This document shows, one piece after another, positions 48,857 through 63,224 of a stretch of DNA of 64,000 bases (position 1 is its first letter; each line of letters opens with the position of its first letter). Source of the DNA: Eledone cirrhosa (taxonomy: Eukaryota). The notes beneath the pieces were generated by a model. It searched no databases. It was not told the DNA's origin and was given only the letters and a program-made list of their open reading frames with translations. Both the position numbers and the translations under genes were made by a program. Location of the stretch: assembly GCA_964016885.1 (NCBI GenBank), contig OZ024740.1, forward strand, positions 422,468,001 to 422,532,000, read 5' to 3'.

Positions 48857-51800
48857 TAGTTCACAATACCTACCTTGGTAGTTTACAATACCTCAGTAGT
48901 TTACAATACCTCGGTAGTTTACAATACCTACCTTGGTAGTTTACAATACCTCGGTAGTTTACAATACCTCGGTAGTTTACAATACCTACCTTGGTAGTTT
49001 ACAATACCTACCTTGGTAGTTTACAATACCTACTTCGGTAGTTTACAATACCTACTTCGGTAGTTTACAATACCTACTTCGGTAGTTTACAATACCTACT
49101 TCGGTAGTTTACAATACCTACCTCGGTAGTTTACAATACCTACCTCGGTAGTTTACAATACCTACCTCGGTAGTTTACAATACCTACCTCGGTAGTTTAC
49201 AATACCTACTTCGGTAGTTTACAATACCTCGGTAGTTTACAATACTTCGGTAGTTTACAATACCTACTTCGGTAGTTTACAATACCTACCTCGGTAGTTT
49301 ACAATACCTACCTCGGTAGTTTACAATACCTACCTCGGTAGTTTACAATACCTCGGTAGTTTACAATACCTCGGTAGTTTACAATACCTACCTCGGTAGT
49401 TTACAATACCTACCTCGGTAGTTTACAATACCTACTTCGGTAGTTTACAATACCTACCTCGGTAGTTTACAATACCTACCTCGGTAGTTTACAATACCTA
49501 CTTCGGTAGTTTACAATACCTACTTCGGTAGTTTACAATACCTACCTTGGTAGTTTACAATACCTACCTCGGTAGTTTACAATACCTACTTCGGTAGTTT
49601 ACAATACCTACCTCGGTAGTTTACAATACCTACCTTGGTAGTTTACAATACCTACTTCGGTAGTTTACAATACCTACCTTGGTAGTTTACAATACCTACC
49701 TCGGTAGTTTACAATACCTACCTTGGTAGTTTACAATACCTACTTCGGTAGTTTACAATACCTCGGTAGTTTACAATACCTACCTTGGTAGTTTACAATA
49801 CCTACCTTGGTAGTTTACAATACCTACCTCGGTAGTTTACAATACCTACCTTGGTAGTTTACAATACCTACCTCGGTAGTTTACAATACCTACCTTGGTA
49901 GTTTACAATACCTACTTCGGTAGTTTACAATACCTCGGTAGTTTACAATACCTACCTTGGTAGTTTACAATACCTACCTCGGTAGTTTACAATACCTACC
50001 TTGGTAGTTTACAATACCTACTTCGGTAGTTTACAATACCTACTTCGGTAGTTTACAATACCTACCTTGGTAGTTTACAATACCTACCTTGGTAGTTTAC
50101 AATACCTACCTCGGTAGTTTACAATACCTACCTCGGTAGTTTACAATACCTACCTCGGTAGTTTACAATACCTACCTCGGTAGTTTACAATACCTACCTC
50201 AGTAGTTTACAATACCTACCTCGGTAGTTTACAATACCTACTTCGGTAGTTTACAATACCTCGGTAGTTTACAATACTTCGGTAGTTTACAATACCTACT
50301 TCGGTAGTTTACAATACCTACCTCGGTAGTTTACAATACCTACCTCGGTAGTTTACAATACCTACCTCGGTAGTTTACAATACCTACCTCGGTAGTTTAC
50401 AATACCTCGGTAGTTTACAATACCTCGGTAGTTTACAATACTTCGGTAGTTTACAATACCTACCTCGGTAGTTTACAATACCTACCTCGGTAGTTTACAA
50501 TACCTACTTCGGTAGTTTACAATACCTACCTCGGTAGTTTACAATACCTACCTCGGTAGTTTACAATACCTACCTTGGTAGTTTACAATACCTACTTCGG
50601 TAGTTTACAATACCTACCTCGGTAGTTTACAATACCTACCTCGGTAGTTTACAATACCTACCTCGGTAGTTTACAATACCTCGGTAGTTTACAATACCTC
50701 GGTAGTTTACAATACTTCGGTAGTTTACAATACCTACCTCGGTAGTTTACAATACCTCGGTAGTTTACAATACCTACTTCGGTAGTTTACAATACCTACT
50801 TCGGTAGTTTACAATACCTACTTCGGTAGTTTACAATACCTACTTCGGTAGTTTACAATACCTACTTCGGTAGTTTACAATACCTACCTCGGTAGTTTAC
50901 AATACCTACCTTGGTAGTTTACAATACCTACTTCTGTAGTTTACAATACCTACTTCGGTAGTTTACAATACCTACCTTGGTAGTTTACAATACCTACCTC
51001 GGTAGTTTACAATACCTACTTCGGTAGTTTACAATACCTACTTCGGTAGTTTACAATACCTACCTTGGTAGTTTACAATACCTACCTCGGTAGTTTACAA
51101 TACCTACTTCGGTAGTTTACAATACCTACCTCGGTAGTTTACAATACCTACCTCGGTAGTTTACAATACCTACTTCGGTAGTTTACAATACCTACCTTGG
51201 TAGTTTACAATACCTACCTCGGTAGTTTACAATACCTACTTCGGTAGTTTACAATACCTACCTTGGTAGTTTACAATACCTACCTCGGTAGTTTACAATA
51301 CCTACCTTGGTAGTTTACAATACCTACTTCGGTAGTTTACAATACCTACCTTGGTAGTTTACAATACCTACCTCGGTAGTTTACAATACCTACCTTGGTA
51401 GTTTACAATACCTACTTCGGTAGTTTACAATACCTCGGTAGTTTACAATACCTACCTCGGTAGTTTACAATACCTACCTTGGTAGTTTACAATACCTACC
51501 TCGGTAGTTTACAATACCTTGGTAGTTTACAATACCTACCTCGGTAGTTTACAATACTTCGGTAGTTTACAATACCTACTTCGGTAGTTTACAATACCTA
51601 CCTCGGTAGTTTACAATACCTACTTCGGTAGTTTACAATACCTCGGTAGTTTACAATACCTACCTTGGTAGTTTACAATACCTACCTTGGTAGTTTACAA
51701 TACCTACCTCGGTAGTTTACAATACCTACCTTGGTAGTTTACAATACCTACCTCGGTAGTTTACAATACCTACTTCGGTAGTTTACAATACCTACCTCGG

Positions 51801-54800
51801 TAGTTTACAATACCTACTTCGGTAGTTTACAATACCTACCTCGGTAGTTTACAATACCTACCTCAGTAGTTTACAATACCTTGGTAGTTTACAATACCTA
51901 CCTCGGTAGTTTACAATACCTACCTTGGTAGTTTGCAATACCTACCTCGGTAGTTTACAATACCTACCTCGGTAGTTTACAATACCTACCTCGGTAGTTT
52001 ACAATACCTACCTTGGTAGTTTACAATACCTACCTCGGTAGTTTACAATACCTACCTTGGTAGTTTACAATACCTACCTCGGTAGTTTACAATACCTCGG
52101 TAGTTTACAATACCTACCTTGGTAGTTTACAATACCTACCTCGGTAGTTTACAATACCTCGGTAGTTTACAATACCTACCTCGGTAGTTTACAATACCTA
52201 CCTCAGTAGTTTACAATACCTCGGTAGTTTACAATACCTACCTCGGTAGTTTACAATACCTACCTCAGTAGTTTACAATACCTCGGTAGTTTACAATACC
52301 TACCTCGGTAGTTTACAATACCTACTTCGGTAGTTTACAATACCTACTTCGGTAGTTTACAATACCTACCTCGGTAGTTTACAATACCTACCTCGGTAGT
52401 TTACAATACCTACCTCGGTAGTTTACAATACCTACCTCGGTAGTTTACAATACCTACCTCGGTAGTTTACAATACCTACCTCGGTAGTTTACAATACCTA
52501 CCTCGGTAGTTTACAATACCTACCTCGGTAGTTTACAATACCTACCTCGGTAGTTTACAATACCTACCTCGGTAGTTTACAATACCTCGGTAGTTTACAA
52601 TACTTCGGTAGTTTACAATACCTACCTCGGTAGTTTACAATACCTACTTTGGTAGTTTACAATACCTACCTCGGTAGTTTACAATACCTACCTCGGTAGT
52701 TTACAATACCTACTTCGGTAGTTTACAATACCTCGGTAGTTTACAATACCTACCTCGGTAGTTTACAATACCTACCTCGGTAGTTTACAATACCTACTTC
52801 GGTAGTTTACAATACCTCGGTAGTTTACAATACCTACCTCGGTAGTTTACAATACCTACCCGGTAGTTTACAATACCTCGGTAGTTTACAATACTTCGGT
52901 AGTTTACAATACCTACCTCGGTAGTTTACAATACCTTGGTAGTTTACAATACCTCGGTAGTTTACAATACTTCGGTAGTTTACAATACCTACCTCGGTAG
53001 TTTACAATACCTCGGTAGTTTACAATACCTCGGTAGTTTACAATACCTACCTTGGTAGTTTACAATACCTACCTCGGTAGTTTACAATACCTACCTTGGT
53101 AGTTTACAATACCTACCTCGGTAGTTTACAATACCTACCTCGGTAGTTTACAATACCTACCTCGGTAGTTTACAATACCTACTTCGGTAGTTTACAATAC
53201 CTCGGTAGTTTACAATACCTACCTCGGTAGTTTACAATACCTACCTCGGTAGTTTACAATACCTCGGTAGTTTACAATACCTCGGTAGTTTACAATACCT
53301 ACCTTGGTAGTTTACAATACCTACCTCGGTAGTTTACAATACCTACCTTGGTAGTTTACAATACCTACCTCTGTAGTTTACAATACTTCGGTAGTTTACA
53401 ATACCTACCTCGGTAGTTTACAATACCTCGGTAGTTTACAATACCTACCTTGGTAGTTTACAATACCTACCTCGGTAGTTTACAATACCTACCTTGGTAG
53501 TTTACAATACCTACCTCTGTAGTTTACAATACCTACCTCGGTAGTTTACAATACCTACCTCGGTAGTTTACAATACCTACCTCGGTAGTTTACAATACCT
53601 ACCTCGGTAGTTTACAATACCTCGGTAGTTTACAATACTTCGGTAGTTTACAATACCTACCTCGGTAGTTTACAATACCTCGGTAGTTTACAATACCTCG
53701 GTAGTTTACAATACCTACCTTGGTAGTTTACAATACCTACCTCGGTAGTTTACAATACCTACCTTGGTAGTTTACAATACCTACCTCGGTAGTTTACAAT
53801 ACCTACTTCGGTAGTTTACAATACCTACCTCGGTAGTTTACAATACCTACTTCGGTAGTTTACAATACCTACCTTGGTAGTTTACAATACCTTGGTAGTT
53901 TACAATACCTACCTCGGTAGTTTACAATACCTACTTCGGTAGTTTACAATACCTACCTTGGTAGTTTACAATACCTTGGTAGTTTACAATACCTACCTTG
54001 GTAGTTTACAATACCTACTTCGGTAGTTTACAATACCTACCTTGGTAGTTTACAATACCTTGGTAGTTTACAATACCTACCTTGGTAGTTTACAATACCT
54101 ACCTTGGTAGTTTACAATACCTACTTCGGTAGTTTACAATACCTACCTCGGTAGTTTACAATACCTACTTCGGTAGTTTACAATACCTACCTCGGTAGTT
54201 TACAATACCTACCTTGGTAGTTTACAATACCTACCTCTGTAGTTTACAATACCTACCTCGGTAGTTTACAATACCTACCTTGGTAGTTTACAATACCTAC
54301 TTCGGTAGTTTACAATACCTACCTTGGTAGTTTACAATACCTACTTCGGTAGTTTACAATACCTACCTTGGTAGTTTACAATACCTACTTCGGTAGTTTA
54401 CAATACCTACCTTGGTAGTTTACAATACCTACTTCGGTAGTTTACAATACCTACCTTGGTAGTTTACAATACCTACCTTGGTAGTTTACAATACCTTGGT
54501 AGTTTACAATACCTACCTTGGTAGTTTACAATACCTACTTCGGTAGTTTACAATACCTACTTCGGTAGTTTACAATACCTACTTCGGTAGTTTACAATAC
54601 CTACTTCGGTAGTTTACAATACCTACTTCGGTAGTTTACAATACCTACCTCGGTAGTTTACAATACCTACCTCTGTAGTTTACAATACCTACCTCGGTAG
54701 TTTACAATACCTACCTTGGTAGTTTACAATACCTACTTCGGTAGTTTACAATACCTACCTTGGTAGTTTACAATACCTACTTCGGTAGTTTACAATACCT

Positions 54801-56877
54801 ACCTTGGTAGTTTACAATACCTACTTCGGTAGTTTACAATACCTACCTTGGTAGTTTACAATACCTACTTCGGTAGTTTACAATACCTACCTTGGTAGTT
54901 TACAATACCTACTTCGGTAGTTTACAATACCTACCTCGGTAGTTTACAATACCTACTTCGGTAGTTTACAATACCTCGGTAGTTTACAATACCTACCTCG
55001 GTAGTTTACAATACGTACCTTGGTAGTTTACAATACCTACTTCGGTAGTTTACAATACCTACCTCGGTAATTTACAATACCTACCTCGGTAGTTTACAAT
55101 ACCTACCTCGGTAGTTTACAATACCTACTTCGGTAGTTTACAATACCTACTTCGGTAGTTTACAATACCTACCTCGGTAGTTTACAATACCTACCTCGGT
55201 AGTTTACAATACCTTGGTAGTTTACAATACCTACCTCGGTAGTTTACAATACCTACCTCGGTAGTTTACAATACCTACCTCGGTAGTTTACAATACCTAC
55301 TTCGGTAGTTTACAATACCTACTTCGGTAGTTTACAATACCTACCTTGGTAGTTTACAATACCTACCTCGGTAGTTTACAATACCTACCTTGGTAGTTTA
55401 CAATACCTACCTCGGTAGTTTACAATACCTACCTCGGTAGTTTACAATACCTACCTTGGTAGTTTACAATACCTACTTCGGTAGTTTACAATACCTACCT
55501 TGGTAGTTTACAATACCTACTTCGGTAGTTTACAATACCTACCTTGGTAGTTTACAATACCTACTTCGGTAGTTTACAATACCTACCTTGGTAGTTTACA
55601 ATACCTACCTCGGTAGTTTACAATACCTACCTTGGTAGTTTACAATACCTACTTCGGTAGTTTACAATACCTACCTCGGTAGTTTACAATACCTACCTCG
55701 GTAGTTTACAATACCTACTTCGGTAGTTTACAATACCTACCTCGGTAGTTTACAATACCTACCTCGGTAGTTTACAATACCTACTTCGGTAGTTTACAAT
55801 ACCTACCTCGGTAGTTTACAATACCTACTTCGGTAGTTTACAATACCTACCTCGGTAGTTTACAATACCTACCTCGGTAGTTTACAATACCTACTTCGGT
55901 AGTTTACAATACCTACTTCGGTAGTTTACAATACCTACCTCGGTAGTTTACAATACCTACTTCGGTAGTTTACAATACCTACCTCGGTAGTTTACAATAC
56001 CTACCTTGGTAGTTTACAATACCTACTTCGGTAGTTTACAATACCTACCTCGGTAGTTTACAATACCAACCTCGGTAGTTTACAATACCTACCTCGGTAG
56101 TTTACAATACCAACCTCGGTAGTTTACAATACCTACCTTGGTAGTTTACAATACCTACCTCGGTAGTTTACAATACCTACTTCGGTAGTTTACAATACCT
56201 ACCTCGGTAGTTTACAATACCTTGGTAGTTTACAATACCTACCTTGGTAGTTTACAATACCTACCTCGGTAGTTTACAATACCTACCTCGGTAGTTTACA
56301 ATACCTACCTCGGTAGTTTACAATACCTACCTCGGTAGTTTACAATACCTACCTCGGTAGTTTACAATACCTACCTCGGTAGTTTACAATACCTTGGTAG
56401 TTTACAATACCTACCTTGGTAGTTTACAATACCTACTTCGGTAGTTTACAATACCTACCTCGGTAGTTTACAATACCTACCTCGGTAGTTTACAATACCT
56501 ACCTCGGTAGTTTACAATACCTACCTTGGTAGTTTACAATACCTACCTCGGTAGTTTACAATACCTCGGTAGTTTACAATACCTCGGTAGTTTACAATAC
56601 CTACCTTGGTAGTTTACAATACCTACCTTGGTAGTTTACAATACCTACTTCGGTAGTTTACAATACCTACCTCGGTAGTTTACAATACCTTGGTAGTTTA
56701 CAATATCTCGGTAGTTTACAATACCTACCTCGGTAGTTTACAATACCTTGGTAGTTTACAATATCTCGGTAGTTTACAATACCTACCTCGGTAGTTTACA
56801 ATACCTACCTTGGTAGTTTACAATACCTTGGTAGTTTACTATACCTCGGTAGTTTACAATTCCTATCTTGGTAGTTT
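48857..56877. repeat. ~8-kb satellite of 22-bp units GGTAGTTTACAATACCTACCTC (variants ..CCTT, ..CTTC) mixed with 18-bp units
   Basis: Several hundred head-to-tail copies; the 18-bp unit lacks one CTAC; both edges are degenerate. Confidence 0.98.
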
Positions 56878-57133
56878 TTATAAGAGGAAGGTACAGATGT
56901 TGTTTTTAATTTGTGTCCATCTTGTTATTTTGATATGGAAATATATCACTGGTGTATTATAGAATGGGAGTTGGTTGTGGTAGGAGAGAGATGGGAGAAG
57001 AGAGTTCATTGACATGGAAGAGAGAAAGGAGTTGAGATGTGAGAGATAGTCAGACAGGCAGATGAGAGAGAGAGGCGATCTGTTAGTGTTGTATTTTGTT
57101 CCTGGTATAATGAACAAGAATTAAACACACACA

Positions 57134-57168
<35 letters not shown>

Positions 57169-58037
57169 GTACACTTACACACACATGTACATACACACAC
57201 ACACGTACACTTACACACACATGTACATACACACACACACACTCTCTTTCCTTTCCTTTTGTAGGACGTGTTTTTATTGGCAAAACATACATCTCCAAAT
57301 ATAATATTAAAAATATAATTAATCTCAAATGAACCAACTATATTCCCTGTCCATATCTGTTTATATCAGTTGTGTGCGCGCGCACACACACACACACACA
57401 CATACACGTGTGTATACATGTATATACTATATACATATATATATATATGTACACATATGTGTACTCTCGGATCCCCAAAAAACAGAATTAGTCGTTTAGT
57501 TTCCATATCGAGACTCTCCCCAACTCATCCTATTTATTTTATAACGAATGGGATTTCTAGTAATGTACTTCTTGTCATGTTTGTTTTTTTATTGTATAAA
57601 GAAAATTGTCGCAGGAATGCTACCACTTAAAATAAAATTTCGCCGGAGATAGATTAGTAAAAGTTAATAAGGGTGGAGGTGGGGGTGGGGATAGAATAAG
57701 GGTTGGGGTGGAATTAATAAACGGGGAAAAAAATCTGAAAAATGAATACATGGGGTGGATTATTGGAGACTCGAGAGTATGTATAGATGTATAGAGCCAT
57801 CCATCTTTACCAATATCTCAAACTAAGGAAGAAAAGGAAGAAATCTATTTCTTTTATTCGTTAAAGGAGATGTTGGTAGGCAGGGATACATTATATATAC
57901 ATGTACACACGTAAACTGTAACTATCAAAGTAATATGGGTGTATACATATATATACACATCTGTGTGTATCGTTACACACTCACGCGTGTATATATATTT
58001 TCTCTCTCATTCATATATATATACATATATATATATA

Positions 58038-58113
58038 CAGGCTGTCCCTCCAAAAATGTATACACTTCAACAGCATTCTAATAAATGTGTATATATTTTT
58101 GGGGGACACCCTG
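58038..58113. mobile_element. 76-bp Tc1/mariner-type MITE
   Basis: ~28-bp imperfect TIRs CAGGSTGTCCC..CAAAAATRTATACAC, with TA on both sides. Confidence 0.75.
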
Positions 58114-58135
58114 TATACACACAGACATAGTTTGA

Positions 58136-58283
58136 ATCATTTGACATCCATTTTCCACGCCAGCATGGGTTAGACAAGTTGTCCCATTGTGAGACAAGCC
58201 AGATTAGATGACCATGCCTTGCTCATACAAAACCAATTCTGGCTTGGTTTCAACGACTGGATGCCCTTCCTAACGCCAACCAA
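58136..58283 (-). mobile_element. Old diverged RTE 3' UTR fragment
   Basis: TTCCACGCCAGCATGGGTTAGAC...CTGGATGCCCTTCCTAACGCCAACC. Confidence 0.75.
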
Positions 58284-58613
58284 TATATATATATGTATAT
58301 AAATAAAGAGAGTGTTGAAGTTTGCTTGAAGCATTGTGGAATAATAAAATTGGTCGTTTTGGAAGCCTCAACAATGAAGATGAGTAAATCTCCGGGTAAC
58401 AGAATCAGGTGGTGATGTGAGAGATGTAAGAGGGGGTGTATAGTGTGTAGAGGAACGTAGGAAATAGTGTAAAAATAATAACACGAGATAGTTACCTTGG
58501 AAGTGATTTAATTGTCCCTATATTTCGGATTTCGCATCCATCAACTGGGGTTTTTCCGAGGGGTAAGGTTTTTAGTCGGAGAGGGACAACACGTGGCCTC
58601 TGTTTATCGCGCG

Positions 58614-58665
<52 letters not shown>

Positions 58666-58821
58666 CATTAACGGAGAAAGCTAATAGCGATACTCCGGCC
58701 AAATCCCAACTCACTCAACAAACATTAGGAAATAAGTGAGTATATTCCTAATTAAACGTTCGGGGTGCTAACTAATTGTATTGTGTGGAAAATTGGGTGT
58801 ATCATTTCATATGAGATATAT

Positions 58822-58880
<59 letters not shown>

Positions 58881-58884
58881 ATAA

Positions 58885-59033
58885 TAATAGTAATAATAAT
58901 AAATTTGAAGACTAAAATCCAAAGAGGGCTCGATAAGGATAAATATATATCAAATATATAAGAACCGTAGAGCAAATACTTATTAAAATAACAGATTCTT
59001 TGCTTAAACTTTAATCTGTTATTTTAATAAATA
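58885..59033. mobile_element. Naiad-like pLTR remnant with internal inversion
   Basis: 58885-58997 is the reverse complement of ~4018-4125; it then switches at GATT to the + strand sequence of 3999-4038. Confidence 0.8.
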
Positions 59034-59131
59034 TATATAATATATAGAGTTATAAACTCAAATAGTCTTTTACAATTAACTTGGTCATTTGCAATCCGAA
59101 CACATATATACTTGTATCAGTGTTTATCCCT

Positions 59132-59184
<53 letters not shown>

Positions 59185-59648
59185 ATGTGTTTCTGACCAC
59201 ATATGTCATCATTTAAAGTCTGCTGTCCCATTGCTAGGGGTACTGCTGTAACCCCCCCCCCCCTCCATACGGTCATGTCTGCTAGCAAAGGTTGGCCGGG
59301 TCTTCACAGACCTTGTCACTACTCTATATAGTTTATTAGTTTTTCTTTCTCTTCTATAACTTATTACCCTCCCCTTCTCCACACTTGTATCTTGCAGTCG
59401 GGCCTTTATGTGAGGCCTGTGTTTCAAACTATGGTATCACATAAGGATTTGCTTAACTTTAATTTCCTAAGTTTACAGCAATGAAATGTGTCATGAAATG
59501 AAAGATTTCTGAAAGTTTAATAAAAATCAGATGTCCTAACATAGCCGCAGTCTACTGACTGAAACAAATAAAGGAATATATATATATATATATATAAATG
59601 GCGGTGCCCCAGCATGGCCTCAGCCCGTCGACTGGAACATGCGATAGA

Positions 59649-59682
<34 letters not shown>

Positions 59683-59985
59683 GTTTTTTTTTTACAAAAT
59701 GAAAAAAAATATATATATATATAATGCAAGTTAGGAAAGTTAGTTGATCAAATAATTGTTTCTCATGAATGGACCTGTTATTTATATCTAAAGACATTTT
59801 TTTCCAATTCAAACCCGCCCGTCCCCTCAATCTATCTTATTTCTCATTCTTTCTTTGGATGAAAGACTAGCGTCCGAAACGCTAAGACCCTCTTCCTGCT
59901 ATATCAAGCGTTAACCTAATATATTCCTTCCATATACTGTACCGATTGTGTTGTTATTTCTGTTTACCTTTTACATACATACATA

Positions 59986-60034
<49 letters not shown>

Positions 60035-60044
60035 TATATATATA

Positions 60045-60153
60045 TGAAAAGAGTCAGGACCCCGACGGCTGAGCTCCGGCCGTTTCGACAGCTAATTCAG
60101 ATCTAGCTGTTGAAACGGCCGGAGCTCAGCAGTCGGGGTCCTGACTCTTTTCA
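60045..60153. repeat. Fold-back: 50-bp inverted arms, 9-nt spacer, embedded in (TA)n
   Basis: TGAAAAGAGTCAGG...GACAGCTA attcagatc TAGCTGTT...CCTGACTCTTTTCA, 2 mismatches. Confidence 0.92.
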
Positions 60154-61742
60154 TATATATATATATGTGTGTATGGGGTCCTACTCGTTCCTATTACCCA
60201 CTCTACTACCCTAAGTATTGAGTACTCTGGTGCGTTATGGTCCACCTGGTTCCTTACCACACCTCCTTCGTTATATATATATAACAGACGCATGCAATCA
60301 TCGAATGCCCTATACGCCAACAATAAACAAAACATCTAGTGGACAAGACCTTCGGAATCCAAACTCGTCAAAATTACATTCGTAAAAACTGAGCCAATCA
60401 TGAAGTAAAAGTCTATATTAGACATAACATATCCCCATATTCCCTACCTCAGACATCATCCATATATCCCAACCAGGGCCCATTTCGAGAAAAATCTTTG
60501 CCTGCTTCAGGATCCAAAGGGGTCTTGTATCGCCTTGGAGACCCTGATCCCAACCCCTAACCCACTCTAAATATGAGTATGGGGGAGACGGACCTTTTCA
60601 AGCTGCAACCGTCAAATTACGCAGTTTCTGTATAAGAATAGACATTATATATACATACACAACAATCTTTGCTAACTTTGACTGGGAAATTGTAATTTGA
60701 TATCTTGCAGTGCTGACAATATGCTCAATAGTAGAGCACGAACGATCTTTGCTTATCTACTTATTTATCTATATGTCTGTCTGTCAATTTATATTTATAT
60801 ATATTTACCAATGTATCTATTTTCGGACAAGAACAATAATGTAAACAAAGCACAAATCACAATAGCAGTTCGAGAATAGATAGATAAACAGATAGGTAAT
60901 TAGAAAAAAGTCATCGTAAATTAGTGAATATATGTTTGATAATATAAGTATGTATACGTACATACATATATGTATACTGACGTACAGTAGTATGTATATA
61001 TATATATACATACATGCACACATATATATATGTACGTATGGATTCACCGAACATTTATTATAATGCTCGGTGTGTTTGTAAACAAACATCCCGAATAAAG
61101 CCGTACAGTGTCTAGCAACCATCGTTGCTCATTTGTTCAACACTGACAAAGGAACGCTGTACTAGTTTCAAGCTTATTAGCTATCGTTTGATAATAATTA
61201 ATGAAAATTATAAATTATTGTAATTGATTTAAACGAATGTAAAATGAAGGTTAAGAAAAATCGAAGATTAGTGCATTTTTTACATACAATGTTGTAATCA
61301 AGGAATATATATATATATAGATAGATAGATATTGACGGGTACTATGCTAGTATGTGTGTGTATACACACACACACACTAGATGAGGGCGACGCCGTAACT
61401 GTCTCTCTAAGTCTTTTTGTCAACCTCGAAAACACACGGTGTTCCCTTTTCTTTCTCTACCTATGTATATATCTCTCGCTTTGCACCTCCTCTCTCCCTC
61501 TCTATATAAAGTGACGAAACATGCAACACATACAGTATAGATTGTATGTGTTGCATGTTTCTGTACTTGGTGTATATGTGTGTAAACAGAAATTGTTTAA
61601 TTCAATCTTCAACGATTAAAATTTATTTTATCTTCAAATTTCTCTTGACATTATTACTATTATCGCTAAAGAAGCCATTATGTAAGCAATACCTTCACTA
61701 TACCGAGTGACAAAAACACTCCTTGATTTCAAATATTTGTAA

Positions 61743-62100
61743 CTAGCTGACGTACCCAGCTTCGCCCGGGTAAACATGGTAAGAGAAGACAGGTAAAAGA
61801 GAAAATGACTGTATTGGATGTTTGTCTGGTTACAGTATGAGGCGAGTCCGTGGTGTCTGTGTGATACAGAAAACAGTAAAAAAAAATCTTCCAGATACAC
61901 CAGATTCTTCGTTGTACCGTTTGTGCATAGTATATGAACAATTCTAGGTGCTCCCACCTAGAATAGTGACCTCTAGGAGATGGTTCATCTTCTGCCTGAC
62001 TGTAAAACGTGTATCATTGCATAGACGTGGTTGTTCCGCGTTTCTCAAAAGGATGATGGAAGTTCCAATCTTTTATATTATATGTAGATATAGATATAGA
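61743..62100 (-). mobile_element. Non-autonomous Helitron-like element
   Basis: Minus-strand 5' A|TCTATATC..ATAATATAAAAG and 3' hairpin CCCGGGCGAAGCTGGG followed by CTAG|T. Confidence 0.65.
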
Positions 62101-62869
62101 TAATTAATATAAAAGATGATGCTCAGCCAGTTCGTCTTCAACCATCGCAGCACGCCGTCGCTCCGGTGTTTCGTTGGTGTTGTTCAGCCAGCTCCACTTC
62201 CCTCATGACGCACACATGGTAATAGTTACAGCGTTCACTTTGCCTCTCTGTTTCTTACTCTCCCCTCTCACTCCCTCACTCTCCCCTCTCACTCCCTCAT
62301 TGACATTATGCATATTAATCTAAGTTTGGCGTCGTTGAGGTGGACGGAGTCGTTTGAAACCTATGAATCAATGATAATCGAGAATTATGACACACGGAAT
62401 ACTGACATTGTTGAAATTAATATATATATATATATATAATATATGAAAACTTAAATGAAATATTCTTACAATATTGGTAGCTACAGTTGTATAAACTAAC
62501 AAAGTTTCATGTGGTTTTAGTTGATATTATAGACACTCGATGTCTGCTCCTTTTGTTGCTTGGCAAATATCAATGTGATAAGCTCGGAGTGTTAGTGGTC
62601 ACCCTCTATATTAACACTCTTTACATTCTTACGGTATCACCATCTCTGATTAATTTGTAACCTTAAGTACATACTGTTTACACATGCTAGTTTCAGCTTC
62701 ATTGCACACACAGGCAGACAGACAGACACTATGATTTCATTGTTCTGTCTGATAGTATATCTGTTTAGATTTTTCATTGTCAGTCTTCGTAACTGAATTT
62801 TAACATATTATAAATTGGCTATCACAATCAACACACCACACCACACCACACCACACACACACACACACA

Positions 62870-62925
<56 letters not shown>

Positions 62926-63224
62926 GAGCTGTTAAATAAGTTCTCACGGTGTTGAAGGCTATATTCGTTCAAAACAATAGGGAACCTCCAAAGCGAGACT
63001 GGTGTAATGTTAACCTCCCAAAACCGAGAACTCTGAGTCTGTGTTCCCCCACTCCCTAATTAACTTTAAAAAAAAACGAATGATTCCCGATGAATTTGAA
63101 AGTTAGATTCGTTTAAAAACACCGAAAACTATATGAAAAACACGTTTTTACCTTCAAGACAGAGTGCAGTAGTGATTATTTACTCATATCTCAGAACAAA
63201 AGTGTCCCCCAACATAGTCGCCGT

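Noticed and set aside
48857-56877. CRISPR-like appearance of the 22-bp array
   Set aside because: No unique spacers (only a few 4-nt variants), no cas genes, eukaryotic context.
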